Of a stretch of DNA of 64,000 nt, positions 45,623-55,824 are shown in pieces. A program made the translations under genes and the position numbers. This DNA comes from Candidatus Eiseniibacteriota bacterium (GTDB taxonomy: Bacteria > Eisenbacteria > RBG-16-71-46 > JAFGJU01): positions 198,184 to 262,183 of the forward strand of contig JAPLKG010000008.1 of NCBI GenBank assembly GCA_026388185.1, in the 5' to 3' direction. Position 1 is the first letter of the stretch, and each line of letters opens with the position of its first letter. Below the pieces are notes generated by a model. It saw nothing but the letters and a program-made list of their open reading frames with translations, was not told the DNA's origin and searched no databases.

Positions 45623-46317
45623 TAATAGGGGATTTCGGAACTTCCTATACGAAACTCTGGGAACCAGGTTCGACCCGGGGCCCTCAGGTGATCAGAAGCA
45701 CGGAACTTGCCCCCCACGTGAGAGCGGATTACGGAACCGGTCACAACGCGGCTTTGAGAGCGGATCGAGTGGTGAACGAGCTCGTAGCACTTGCGACCGG
45801 AGCGAGGAAGCGCATCGAAGCTCCCGACTTCCTCGTTCTTGACTGTGGCAGCAGAGACGTCAAATTTGTGGTTTTCGAGAAGGGCAGATTTGAGAGAGCC
45901 GGCTGGAATTCTGAATGCGGATCTTCCATGGGGTTCTCGATCGAGCTTCTCGAGATGCACTTCAAGCTTGACTACAAGGACATCCCCGTGCCGTACGAAC
46001 ATCTGCCGGTAGCCTGTGGAGTCTTGGGCGTGAGCGCTGTCTTTGACGCCGTATCGAGGGGAGAGGAAGTCGAGCAAGCGGTGGCCAAGTTTGTCAAGGG
46101 GATAGCGGTGAATGCTCACAGATTTGCTGGCTGTCCCAGGACGGTTTACCTGTGCGGAGGCCTCTGCGAGAATCCACTCTTTGTGAGAAGTATGCCCGCC
46201 CGCGTGGTGTCACTGGGAAGATTCCTGCTTCTGGAAGGATTGGTCGAGCTGGTGAAACGGGAAAAGGGTCCAGACGCGCGTCGGGCGAGAAACGGGGCTG
46301 CCGACAAAGGCTGCTAA
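45619..46317 (+). CDS. BadF/BadG/BcrA/BcrD (HgdC-like) ASKHA ATPase activator
   Basis: GDFGTSYTK, GTGH, NELVALATG, LDCGSRDVK, NSECGSSMG, ACGV, LCGGL.EN. Confidence 0.85.
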   Translation: MIIGDFGTSYTKLWEPGSTRGPQVIRSTELAPHVRADYGTGHNAALRADRVVNELVALATGARKRIEAPDFLVLDCGSRDVKFVVFEKGRFERAGWNSECGSSMGFSIELLEMHFKLDYKDIPVPYEHLPVACGVLGVSAVFDAVSRGEEVEQAVAKFVKGIAVNAHRFAGCPRTVYLCGGLCENPLFVRSMPARVVSLGRFLLLEGLVELVKREKGPDARRARNGAADKGC

Positions 46318-46844
46318 TCCAGGAGGAGCGACAGGCCGGCTCGAAGCGTCGTCGTGCTCACGTCGGGGGTCGCGAATTCTCGCGTGTAGCGCAGCTCCAA
46401 ACGGACGAGGCCCGACTCCGTGACGGGCAACCTCAACCCTGCCCCCAGGTTCAACATTCCGTTTGTCTCATCTCCTTCGTATTCAAGACCGCCCCTTTCC
46501 CATTCGCTGTGAGACCTGGCAAACCCGAACCCGGCGAGCATGAAGGGGTAGGGAGCAGAAACCGTCTCAAAGTTGTAGATGAAATCAGCAAGAAACGCGA
46601 GCCTGGAATTGGAGAGCCCGTCCGACGTTCGTGAATACCCCATCTCGAACTCCAACTCGGACCCGGGAGCGATAACTACGCCGAAGCGCGGTCCCAGGTA
46701 AATGGAGGAGCCGTCTTCTGGAAACGCAATCTCGGCGCTGCCTCCCAATTCGTGCGTTCCGGGAGGCAGGATGTCTGCACTCGCACAGAGAGAGAACGAA
46801 ACCGACAGGAAGCACACACCCAGAAGTGCAAGTTTCTTTCGCAA
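46314..46844 (-). CDS. Outer-membrane beta-barrel protein
   Basis: TTG 46844 after GGAGG, signal peptide, alternating strands, terminal LRAGLSLLLD. Confidence 0.75.
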   Translation of the reverse strand: MRKKLALLGVCFLSVSFSLCASADILPPGTHELGGSAEIAFPEDGSSIYLGPRFGVVIAPGSELEFEMGYSRTSDGLSNSRLAFLADFIYNFETVSAPYPFMLAGFGFARSHSEWERGGLEYEGDETNGMLNLGAGLRLPVTESGLVRLELRYTREFATPDVSTTTLRAGLSLLLD

Positions 46845-46922
46845 ATTGCACCTCCAATCAACGAGTGGGCTTTGCTTGAGCAGACCCAAGACGAAGGCCG
46901 ATCTGGTCATCCAGTTCATCTA

Positions 46923-47660
46923 TTACAAATGGAATCTGATGCAGGAGTTGAAGCAGATCCCGCTGAAGTCCAGGCTCATCTTTTGTCCGTTGCTCATGAG
47001 CACAGGCGCACCGTTGTCGTTGTAAGTCAGCTCGGAGATCTTTGCGTGTCTGTAGAGAAGTTCTCCGCCAACCGAAACCCACGGTCTGACGAAGTATTCC
47101 ACGCCGCCGCTTGCCTGCAAGCCAATGCCGTCCCCATCGGCCGTTCGCAAGTAGGGGCTGGGGAAATAGACGGGGATTGTCTCGGCAGACTCTGTCTTGA
47201 GTCTACCCAGCCAGAGATAGGATATGCCTGCGCCCACCGTGTAGACGAGTTTCGGATTCTTGGCGTTGCTCACTACGTAGAGCACGCGACCGGTAACAGG
47301 GACAGTGCTTGCATGTATCTCCAGTTCCCTGAATGTCTCGCCCACTATCTCGAGACCCACTTTGGTGGACTCGTAGAGATACTCAATCGTGGCTGAGAGG
47401 GCAATATTCGGCAGCGCTCTTATGCGGAGCTCCCCTCCGCCGGAAGGACCGCTTCCAAAGTCGTTGAGCTCGTCGAAGTTCCGGGGCGCCAGCACGTCGT
47501 TTACCTCGTTTACGGCCACGTTCATGTCGCTCATCGTGTAGGTGCTAAAGCCTCCCCTGATGCCGATGGAGATTGGAGGAATAACAGACTCGGCTACTGC
47601 CAAAGCCTGGCAAGAGAGAAGCATCGAGAAGAGCAAAGATGCAGCTACAACGTACTTCAT
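46923..47660 (-). CDS. Outer-membrane beta-barrel protein
   Basis: ATG 47660 after GGAGG, signal peptide, GGVEYF..SVGGELLY, terminal IRFHL. Confidence 0.75.
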   Translation of the reverse strand: MKYVVAASLLFSMLLSCQALAVAESVIPPISIGIRGGFSTYTMSDMNVAVNEVNDVLAPRNFDELNDFGSGPSGGGELRIRALPNIALSATIEYLYESTKVGLEIVGETFRELEIHASTVPVTGRVLYVVSNAKNPKLVYTVGAGISYLWLGRLKTESAETIPVYFPSPYLRTADGDGIGLQASGGVEYFVRPWVSVGGELLYRHAKISELTYNDNGAPVLMSNGQKMSLDFSGICFNSCIRFHL

Positions 47661-47904
47661 GATTTCCTCCTGTATCCTCTCAAAACACCCCGCAGGAGTT
47701 GACACACACGACTCTCAGAGGGCCACACTCTTCAAAGAGCTAAAATTTATACCAAACCGGCCGCCGTTGCAACGAATTTGTTTGAATCTGAATGTGCTAC
47801 CCGACGAGCGCGACCGGCGCGCCGGAACTGGGGCGTTGAATCCACGCATTCTTTGTGTTAGATTCCGCATGAGTTTCTTGCAATCAGCTTGCGAGTAGGA
47901 GACA

Positions 47905-49206
47905 TTGCTCATGAGGTTGAACCACTCTCTTCTTGTGGCGATTCTCGCCTCGACGGTTGCTGGTCTCTGCTTGGTTGCCCTTCCGCCTCCGCTCCTTGCG
48001 TCGGACTTCGGGTTCGATTCTCAAAGAGCAAGAGAGTCACCCCACTTTTACGCAGATGCGACCTTTTTTCCGTCTCTGGAGAAGGAAGGGACGCTGGAGA
48101 TTCATTACGACATCTCGTACAGCCAGCTCAAGTTCCTGAAGAGGACGGACGGATTCCTCGCCCGCTTCGAGGTTCAAGCGGTGCTGTACGATACCAAGGG
48201 CAAACAGGTGGGAGGCGACTCGTGGCGAAGGAACGTGGCGTGCTCCTCATACAAGGAGACGATTTCTCCGGAGGGCTCCTACCAGGAAACGTTCAGGCTC
48301 GAGGTGGCCGCGGGCAGATACAACCTCTTGGTGAGAACGGAGAATCTCGACGCCGAGGAAAGATCTTCGGTCTTGCTCAAACTCGATCTTGAACCCTTCA
48401 AGTTTCTTCCTGCGATAAGCGATCTCCTCATCGGCAGGTGCCGCGCTGACTCAGCAGATTCAGGCCAGCTGCGTTCGAGGCTCGTTCCTTTTCCCAGGGC
48501 CAGGTTTGGCGAGAGGTTTCCCACTGTCTGCGTCTACGGGAATCTCTACGATACTCCCGCGGAAGGGGACACCGGGGTCGCTCGGATCGCGTGGAGGGTC
48601 TTGGATGAGGAGGGTACCGTCAAATTGCAGGACACCCTCAACGTCACAAGAAAGGGCAGGATCTCGCCCTTTCTTGTGACGTATTCGGTAGACAACCTCA
48701 CCATGGGAAGGCACACGCTTGAGCTCTTTCTCGGCCGCATGAAAGGAACGCCCAGCGCACGTAGAACGTTTGAAGTGGATGAGAGCAAGTTCGATCTTGA
48801 CAAGAAGATCGATGACACTCTCGCCCTTCTCAGCTACATCGCGCCTCGCTCGGAGACAGAGGCTATCAAACAAGCCGCCGGCGCAGAAAGGAAGCGTCTG
48901 TGGATCGAGTTCTGGAAGAAGAAGGACCCGTACCCTGAGACACCGGAAAACGAGTTCCTCATGGAGTTCTTCGACAGAGTTGGATATGCGAATGAAAATT
49001 TTTCCTCCATACAACGAGGTTGGAAGACTGACCGGGGAAGAATCTACATAAGAAGGGGGGCGCCGGACCAGATCGACAGCAGGCCCTTCAATGCCGCGGG
49101 GCCTGCCTACGAGGTGTGGTACTACTACCAGCAGAACCTGGCGTTTGTATTTGTCGACAGGATGGGATTGGGCGACTACGAACTTGTGGGGCCAAATCGC
49201 GAATGA
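47905..49206 (+). CDS. GWxTD domain-containing protein
   Basis: FWKKKDP.P.T.ENE..EFF.RV.YAN..F...GWKTDRGRIYI..G.PD. Confidence 0.9.
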   Translation: MLMRLNHSLLVAILASTVAGLCLVALPPPLLASDFGFDSQRARESPHFYADATFFPSLEKEGTLEIHYDISYSQLKFLKRTDGFLARFEVQAVLYDTKGKQVGGDSWRRNVACSSYKETISPEGSYQETFRLEVAAGRYNLLVRTENLDAEERSSVLLKLDLEPFKFLPAISDLLIGRCRADSADSGQLRSRLVPFPRARFGERFPTVCVYGNLYDTPAEGDTGVARIAWRVLDEEGTVKLQDTLNVTRKGRISPFLVTYSVDNLTMGRHTLELFLGRMKGTPSARRTFEVDESKFDLDKKIDDTLALLSYIAPRSETEAIKQAAGAERKRLWIEFWKKKDPYPETPENEFLMEFFDRVGYANENFSSIQRGWKTDRGRIYIRRGAPDQIDSRPFNAAGPAYEVWYYYQQNLAFVFVDRMGLGDYELVGPNRE

Positions 49207-50066
49207 ACGCAGGGAAGCTTCTAGTCTGCGTCAGCCTGGCGGATGTAAGACGCCGAAGTTCACACAGTTCTGAGCTTCTGACGCAGGCCGTCCTCGGGGT
49301 CGAGCTGGAGGTGATACGCACGACTCGGGACCGCACTTGGCACTTGGTCAGGTTACCGGACGGCTACGGTGGCTGGGTCAGGAGTTGGTCGGTCGTCCCG
49401 GTATCGGATTCGGAGCTACTCAAGTGGAAGGTCGGAGCCCGCTTCCATGTAAGCGCCAGAAGCCTTGCGCTCAGGCAGGAACCTTCGCGTCGCTCGATGG
49501 TGCTTTGCGAGCTCGCGTTGGGAACCCGTGTTCCGCGAGTGGCCAGTCGTGGGAGGTGGGTCAAAACCACTCTCCCGGACGCTACGCAAGGGTGGCTCGA
49601 ACGCTCGGGACTTGAGCCGGTCCGTTCTCCTTCGCAGACCCCTTCGTCCGTCGTCAAGACTGCTCTTCGCTTCATGGGCGCTCCCTACCTATGGGGTGGG
49701 ACGACTCCGTGGGGTTGCGATTGCTCGGGCCTTGTTCAGAGTGTCTACTCGTTCAACGGGGTAGCACTACCCCGTGATGCCATAGATCAGCTTCGGGCCA
49801 CGCGAGACTGCGCCGTGGATGTCGGGGCTGGACGATTTCGTGCAGGTGACGTGCTCTTTTTCGGAAGTAGCCTCGGTGACATTTCACACGTGGCCATCTC
49901 GACCGGGGGCTTCTCCTTCGTTCACTCCCGTGGTTGCGTCCGCCAGGGTAGTCTTGAGAAAGGCGAACTGGGTTATTCACATGAGCTTTCAAGGCTTCTG
50001 CGTGCCGTGGCCAGACCCCTCGAGGCGGCCAAAAAAGATGTTGACAAAAAAAAGGGGTTACAATAG
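49203..50066 (+). CDS. SH3-containing NlpC/P60 (C40) peptidase
   Basis: Two SH3b-like repeats, PYLWGG...DCSGL, HVAI, FVHS; ATG 49203 overlaps the upstream TGA. Confidence 0.9.
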   Translation: MNAGKLLVCVSLADVRRRSSHSSELLTQAVLGVELEVIRTTRDRTWHLVRLPDGYGGWVRSWSVVPVSDSELLKWKVGARFHVSARSLALRQEPSRRSMVLCELALGTRVPRVASRGRWVKTTLPDATQGWLERSGLEPVRSPSQTPSSVVKTALRFMGAPYLWGGTTPWGCDCSGLVQSVYSFNGVALPRDAIDQLRATRDCAVDVGAGRFRAGDVLFFGSSLGDISHVAISTGGFSFVHSRGCVRQGSLEKGELGYSHELSRLLRAVARPLEAAKKDVDKKKGLQ

Positions 50067-50069
50067 AGT
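50041..50069 (+). promoter_or_regulatory. sigma70 promoter upstream of outer-membrane protein
   Basis: TTGACA-17 nt-TAGAGT. Confidence 0.55.
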
Positions 50070-50303
50070 GTGCCGCCGAGTGCTATAACGCTCTGTTCTG
50101 CTTTCCGTTATTCGGGAAGTAGAGCTTTTCTATCGCGACGGCACTCAACAGTTAGACGGATTGAGATGACCGAGCATGAAAGGGGGTGTGGAACAAGAAT
50201 CTCTAACCTCTTCTCTATGTGGATAGTCCGGGGTGGTGCCAGAGGGGAGGGCGCAGAGTCCAAAGTCATTTAAGAAAGAGAGTGGAAAAAGGAGGCTTTC
50301 TCA

Positions 50304-51617
50304 ATGCATACCAGAAGAATCTTACTGTTTACGGTGTTGCTTCTGATGACTCCCGTTCTTGCAACGGCTTCTACTGCAAGACTGGAAGGTCTCGGGGTAA
50401 TTCCGGACTTTGTCGAAGACTACGCCAACATGTTTGCTTATCCTGTTTCGATAGCCAGATACCCAGGCGTAGTGATTGGTGAGCTGGGTGTGTACGGCTC
50501 CTATGATCGCGGTTTTGGTGCGACCATGGGGCTCGGGCAGGACTACAAGTACGGTGTGTTTGGCATCATGCTCAGGGAAAACAGCGGCTTTGCTCCCGTT
50601 CCTGGGTGGACGGGATCATACGGCAGCCAGTTTGACCTTCTCTGGGGCATGAACTTCGGCAGGGCTGCTTTCGGCGTCCGCGTTGACAATAGCTCCAGCG
50701 AGTTCGGATACAAGGTGGGCGACGACTATAGCTACACGATCAGTCCTCTCTATTTCCTCTATATGTATATGGAGGATATTGTCCCGAGCGATGAGAACAA
50801 CACGGGAATCACACTCAGCGCAGGGTTTGACGTTCGCGAGACCGACAAGGTCGAAGCCGCGTTTGAGTACAGGACGCTCAATTTCGAGATAGATGCGAGG
50901 AGCGGTGCCTCCCACGAGAAGATCCAGGACGCCGGGAACGCCTCGTACGGCTTTAGGGGTCGTGGGTTCTTCAACGTCGCCGAGAACATAACTCTCGTTC
51001 CCATGGTCGGATACAGCAAGTATGATTGGGGTTGGGAGATTACGAGTACAGTTCCGGATGATGAGGATTCTGGCGACCAGGCGCTCACTACCATGACTGG
51101 CGGCCTGGGCGTGAAGGTGGACGTAGGCAGCATGTTCATGATCGGTGTGGGATTCTCCCAGACCAAGGCCACGACCGACTTCACATACGCGGAAGCCGCA
51201 CCGGCTGCAAGCTATCCCGAGACGTTCGAGTTCACCAGCACCGCGGCCCCGTTCCTGTTCGGCTGTCTCGAGACACCGATAAGGGACTGGTTGACCGTCA
51301 GGTTCGGCGCACAGAAGAAGCTCGTCAACGAGAAAATGACGCTCGAATTCGTGGGACCCGGCTATGAAAAGTGGGATTTCACGACCAAGAACGGCGTGAT
51401 TCCGTCCGAGTTTCGTACCTACGTCTATGAGGACGGCGGCGTGACAATGCCGTACTTCAACGAGCCGTTCACATTCTCGTTGGGCGTCGGATTCAAGTTC
51501 GGCAACCTTGACATCGATGCCACGATGAACGACTACTATCCGTTCACCGGCATGTACTGGTTGAGTGGCGTTGCGAGCACTCCGTTCTCGAGGATCAGCG
51601 CGACCTACCACTACTAG
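50304..51617 (+). CDS. Outer-membrane beta-barrel (porin/FadL-like) protein
   Basis: Signal peptide, ASTARLEGLG hatch-like N-terminus, amphipathic strands, terminal SATYHY. Confidence 0.75.
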   Translation: MHTRRILLFTVLLLMTPVLATASTARLEGLGVIPDFVEDYANMFAYPVSIARYPGVVIGELGVYGSYDRGFGATMGLGQDYKYGVFGIMLRENSGFAPVPGWTGSYGSQFDLLWGMNFGRAAFGVRVDNSSSEFGYKVGDDYSYTISPLYFLYMYMEDIVPSDENNTGITLSAGFDVRETDKVEAAFEYRTLNFEIDARSGASHEKIQDAGNASYGFRGRGFFNVAENITLVPMVGYSKYDWGWEITSTVPDDEDSGDQALTTMTGGLGVKVDVGSMFMIGVGFSQTKATTDFTYAEAAPAASYPETFEFTSTAAPFLFGCLETPIRDWLTVRFGAQKKLVNEKMTLEFVGPGYEKWDFTTKNGVIPSEFRTYVYEDGGVTMPYFNEPFTFSLGVGFKFGNLDIDATMNDYYPFTGMYWLSGVASTPFSRISATYHY

Positions 51618-51652
51618 AAGATTCGCTGAGGCTCTTTGAGCCGCAGAGTGGG

Positions 51653-51688
51653 AAGGGGGAGCAGCGAAAACTGCTCCCCCTTTGTATT
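51653..51688 (+). terminator. Intrinsic terminator
   Basis: 12-bp stem AAGGGGGAGCAG/CTGCTCCCCCTT plus TGTATT. Confidence 0.75.
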
Positions 51689-51719
51689 CCCTGTCCAGCA
51701 AGCCCTTCCAGGTAGACTC

Positions 51720-52982
51720 ATGTACTACTTCTATTTTCTGCCGGTCGGTACCGAGATCAGGCTACGCAAGGTTCCTCTCGTGACGCTGGCTCTCTTGGGG
51801 GGTAACGTTGCCGTCTTTGTCGCCCTCCGCCTTCTTGGTACGGATAGCCGCTTCCTCCTGCGGCTCGCCTTTGTCCCGGCACGTTTTGAGATCCATGCGC
51901 TGTTCACTTCGTGTTTCGTCCACCTGGATTACCTACACATAATTCCGAACCTCTTGTACTTGTGGATATTCGGCTCCGTCCTGGAGGATCGCATGGGACG
52001 GCTCCACTACCTCGGGGCCTATCTGGTGTGCGGCGCGCTTTCCATGATGGCCCAGGCCGTCGCCGTAGCGAATCTCGTGCCCCAAAATTTGACATTCCCT
52101 ATCATCGGTGCCTCGGGCGCCATCTCGGGACTTCTCGGCCTGTTCCTTGTGAGGTTCTACTACGCTCGCATAAAGGTGGCGTCGCTGACCCTTCTCTTCT
52201 TCCAGGGAGTCTACCGCGCCTCAATCTCCAGGCTCAACGCCGGAGGGGCAATGCTATTGTGGATTCTCATCCAGCTTGCCTACGGTCTGTCTTCCTCTTC
52301 GAATCCGGTTTCCACGACCGCTTACTGGTCGCATGTGTCGGGCTTTCTGTTCGGTCTTCTCCTGGGCATCACCGGCGGACTCGGGAAGGAGGCGAGCCTG
52401 GAGAGGAAGCTTCTCAAGGGCAGGAGGTACTTCGAGGAGGGCAAGTGGTTTGCCGCAATGGGCGAGTTGATAGAGTTCCTGCAAACGAGGCCCCTTGATG
52501 CCGAAGCGAGGGCACTTCTCGCGAGGACGTTCTTGCTGACTGGGCAGAGGACCAAGGCAGTGGCCGAATATTCAAAGGCCGTCGTCGGTGAACTCAGCGC
52601 CGGCGGCTTCAGAGTCGCGGCGGAACTCTACGAGGAAATGAAGAGGGTCTCCGACGAGGCGAAGCTTCCTTCGTCTTTTCAGTTGTTGATGGCCAGGCAC
52701 CTCGAGGAGAGCAATCGTCTTGACCTGTCTGCGGAAGCCTACGCCACGTTTGGCGGCGCGAACCCGGGAATGGACAAGGCGCCGGCCTCGCTGCTGAAGG
52801 CGGCAGGAATCTACGCAACCAAACTCAATGACCTCGACAAAGCAGGTGAACTTTACCAGAGAGTGAGAGGTCTATATCCGCAGACCCGCTGGGCTCAGAT
52901 TGCAAGGAAAAAACTGGCAGAGATAGGGAGAATCGCGGCCAGGAGAAGCGCCTTCCCACAGAACGGCTTCGTCTCATCTTGA
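51720..52982 (+). CDS. Rhomboid family protease with TPR-like C-terminus
   Basis: HIIPNLLYLWIFG..LE, IGASGAISG, SHVSGFLFG; start re-set to ATG 51720. Confidence 0.88.
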   Translation: MYYFYFLPVGTEIRLRKVPLVTLALLGGNVAVFVALRLLGTDSRFLLRLAFVPARFEIHALFTSCFVHLDYLHIIPNLLYLWIFGSVLEDRMGRLHYLGAYLVCGALSMMAQAVAVANLVPQNLTFPIIGASGAISGLLGLFLVRFYYARIKVASLTLLFFQGVYRASISRLNAGGAMLLWILIQLAYGLSSSSNPVSTTAYWSHVSGFLFGLLLGITGGLGKEASLERKLLKGRRYFEEGKWFAAMGELIEFLQTRPLDAEARALLARTFLLTGQRTKAVAEYSKAVVGELSAGGFRVAAELYEEMKRVSDEAKLPSSFQLLMARHLEESNRLDLSAEAYATFGGANPGMDKAPASLLKAAGIYATKLNDLDKAGELYQRVRGLYPQTRWAQIARKKLAEIGRIAARRSAFPQNGFVSS

Positions 52983-53067
52983 AGTCTAGACCTGCCCGGC
53001 GTTTTTCGGTAGGCGGCCGGGCGCACGTCGCACGGGCGAAAATGCCCTCATGGAGCCGCGGAGGCTC

Positions 53068-53601
53068 TTACTCGGAGACTTGCGTCCCTGAAAGACATTC
53101 AGACTGCGCGATTTGCCTATTCCTCGTCGCAACATCAACCATCTGCACGTTGAATTCCAGGAATGGCTTCACCTGCACTCTCGGGATGCAAGGAGAAATC
53201 AGGTGTGAAGCAAGAGAGGCCTTACTCTCATGAAGCACGACGGTTTTTGATACCCACTCGGTCCCCGGCGCCACGTACCAAAGCATGATGGTCTTGTCCT
53301 TGCCGATGTCGATGATGTACTTCATGTTGTAGGCGCCGACCCCGTCGGTCTGAGTAGAGGCAACGACGACGCCCTCGATGGACAGCTTGACCATCACGTC
53401 CTTGAGCGGTTTCTGGTTCTGGTCCCTCACCGCGCCGCTTATTGAAGTCTCGCCTTGAACCGTACGGACCAACTCGGGCGGTCCTGGCTGCTTCTTGTCC
53501 TCTGGAGGCCTCGGCGGGCCAGCGGGCGGGATAGCAGATGCAGTCCACGTCATAGTAAGGGCAAGCGCGACTGCTACGAAGGTCACACACAGCTTTTTCA
53601 T
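53068..53601 (-). CDS. Secreted protein with carboxypeptidase-regulatory-like (transthyretin-like) domain
   Basis: ATG 53601 after GGAGG, signal peptide, ISGAVRDQNQKPL..V.V...TQTDGVGAY. Confidence 0.7.
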   Translation of the reverse strand: MKKLCVTFVAVALALTMTWTASAIPPAGPPRPPEDKKQPGPPELVRTVQGETSISGAVRDQNQKPLKDVMVKLSIEGVVVASTQTDGVGAYNMKYIIDIGKDKTIMLWYVAPGTEWVSKTVVLHESKASLASHLISPCIPRVQVKPFLEFNVQMVDVATRNRQIAQSECLSGTQVSE

Positions 53602-53867
53602 TAGAACTACCTCCTTCAAACAGGTAGCCTCGCAACGCCGAGTCGAACCTATCAATCCGCGGAGTCAATGTCAAGGATAATGGGTGTGCCTCGGGAGCGG
53701 CCGGAACAGAACGCCGCGAGATTGCCACGATTCTCGGTTCGCTCCTCCTCGTCCTTTTCACAAAAGAATTGATTAGGTTTGGGACTTTTGGTAAATTAGG
53801 ACATGATCTTTTTGCGGGCCCTGAGGCTTGGGCAGTCCCCGAGGTCTCAAATGAGAAGGGATTCAAC

Positions 53868-54905
53868 ATGTTTTTCTTAAGGAAGCTCAGATTTCTTTCC
53901 AACGACATTGCCATCGATCTGGGCACTGCCAACACTCTTGTCTACTTGAAGGGAGAGGGCATCGTTCTCAACGAGCCGTCGGTCGTGGCGGTTGACAAGG
54001 GGACGGGTGAAGTGCTGGCAGTGGGAGCCAAGGCGAAGGAGATGCTCGGCCGGACGCCGGACAGGATCGTTGCCGTCAGACCTCTGAAGGATGGCGTGAT
54101 CGCCGACTTTGAGAAAACCGAAGACCTCCTCAGAGAATTCATAAAGCAGGTGCTCAAGAACTGGCGTCTGATGAGACCCAGGATAATGATATGCGTGCCT
54201 TCCGGCATAACTGAAGTCGAGAGACGGGCAGTGGAGGACTCCGCGCTCAGAGCCGGAGCCAGGGAAGTATTCCTTGTGAAGGAACCCATTGCCGCGGCAA
54301 TCGGCGTGGGGTTGCCGGTGGACAGACCAACCGGCAACATGATAATCGACATAGGAGGAGGCACTACCGAGATCGCCGTCATGGCCCTGGATGACATAGT
54401 GAGCCACGTTTCCATTCGCATAGCGGGCGACGAGATGGATGACGCAATAGTGCAACACGTCAAGAAAGCGCACAATCTTCTGATAGGAGAACAGACCGCC
54501 GAACAGGTCAAGATTCGCATCGGTTCCGCCTTCAGGCTCGAGAAAGAAGAGGAAATGGAAATCAAGGGTCGTGATCTCGTGGGCGGTATTCCGAAGACAG
54601 TCAAGATAACTTCGGTGGAAGTGCGCGAAGCTCTTCAAGAGCCAATCGGCCAGATTGTTGATGCGCTCAAGCTGTCTCTGGAAAAGACGCCGCCCGAGCT
54701 CGCTTCAGACATTGTCGACAGAGGAATAGTCATGACGGGTGGCAGCTCCCTGTTGAGAGGATTGGACGCGCTGTTGAGGGAGCACACCAACCTTCACATT
54801 GAGGTCTCCGACGAACCGTTGACTTGTGTGGTGCTGGGCACGGGCAAAATACTGGACAATCCTAAGAAGTACCGTAACGTGATAATGAAGGGCGAGAGTC
54901 ATTGA
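53868..54905 (+). CDS. mreB: Rod shape-determining protein MreB
   Basis: IAIDLGTANT, RPLKDGVIADF, DIGGGTTE, MTGGSSLL; start re-set to ATG 53868. Confidence 0.96.
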   Translation: MFFLRKLRFLSNDIAIDLGTANTLVYLKGEGIVLNEPSVVAVDKGTGEVLAVGAKAKEMLGRTPDRIVAVRPLKDGVIADFEKTEDLLREFIKQVLKNWRLMRPRIMICVPSGITEVERRAVEDSALRAGAREVFLVKEPIAAAIGVGLPVDRPTGNMIIDIGGGTTEIAVMALDDIVSHVSIRIAGDEMDDAIVQHVKKAHNLLIGEQTAEQVKIRIGSAFRLEKEEEMEIKGRDLVGGIPKTVKITSVEVREALQEPIGQIVDALKLSLEKTPPELASDIVDRGIVMTGGSSLLRGLDALLREHTNLHIEVSDEPLTCVVLGTGKILDNPKKYRNVIMKGESH

Positions 54906-54912
54906 TCGTGCC

Positions 54913-55767
54913 ATGCACAAGATTGAAGATTTCCTCGCCGCCTCCCTCCGTGACAGGTCCTTGCAGGCCCTACTGATCTGCATCGTAATCTCCGTTGTCT
55001 TGATGACGAAGTACCAGGGCGATCCCTGGCTTTCTACTCCCAGAGCAAACATCGACAGGACAGTCGGGCAGCTCACAGGCCAGGTAGGCTGGTTTGCACG
55101 GTCGATCTGGCTCGCCGAGGAGTATCGGGTTCTGTATTCCCAGATCGCAGATCGCACTTTTGAGCTCGAAAGACTTGAGGGACTGAAACGAGAAAACGAA
55201 CGACTTCGCGCGGAACTCGGCTTCAGTCCCAGAAGCGAATGGGAGTTTCTGCACGCCGAAGTGGTCGGGAAGGAAACCGACAAACTGGGTGCGGTGATTC
55301 TTGTCAACCAAGGTTCTCTGGCGGGAGTCGGGAAAGGGTGGATCGCTTACTCTCCGCAGGGCCTCGTGGGCAAAGTGGAAGGCGTGGGGGAAGAGTTTTC
55401 GAGAGTTCAGCTCATTACGAATTACAACTCCCCCGTGAGCGTGAGAATCGACAGAAATGAAGTGGAAGCAGTCGTCGAGTGGAATCCCTCTTTGCCGAAT
55501 CGACTTGTCATGCGGTTTGTTCAACCCGAGACCGACGTCAAGATCGGCGACGTCGTGATTTCTTCGGGGTTGGGTGGCGTGTACCCGGCAGGTCTGAGAA
55601 TCGGGAGAGTCTCCAAAGTGACGCTGGAAAAGGGACGCTGGGAGCTCTACGTAGAGGTGAAACCGTTCGCTGATTTCTCTCGCCTGGTGGAAGTTCTTCT
55701 CATAGCACCGGAAAGAATAAAGGTCAAGATGCGCGAGAGCGGGCTTTTCAATCCGACAATTGATTGA
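54913..55767 (+). CDS. mreC: Rod shape-determining protein MreC
   Basis: TM, coiled coil ENERLRAEL, GLVGKV, ISSGLGGVYPAGLRIG, ADFSRL.EV. Confidence 0.93.
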   Translation: MHKIEDFLAASLRDRSLQALLICIVISVVLMTKYQGDPWLSTPRANIDRTVGQLTGQVGWFARSIWLAEEYRVLYSQIADRTFELERLEGLKRENERLRAELGFSPRSEWEFLHAEVVGKETDKLGAVILVNQGSLAGVGKGWIAYSPQGLVGKVEGVGEEFSRVQLITNYNSPVSVRIDRNEVEAVVEWNPSLPNRLVMRFVQPETDVKIGDVVISSGLGGVYPAGLRIGRVSKVTLEKGRWELYVEVKPFADFSRLVEVLLIAPERIKVKMRESGLFNPTID

Positions 55768-55824
55768 AACATGTGAAATCGAATTGCGAATCCAACGATC
55801 GACGAGACGCAGGGAGCGCATTGA

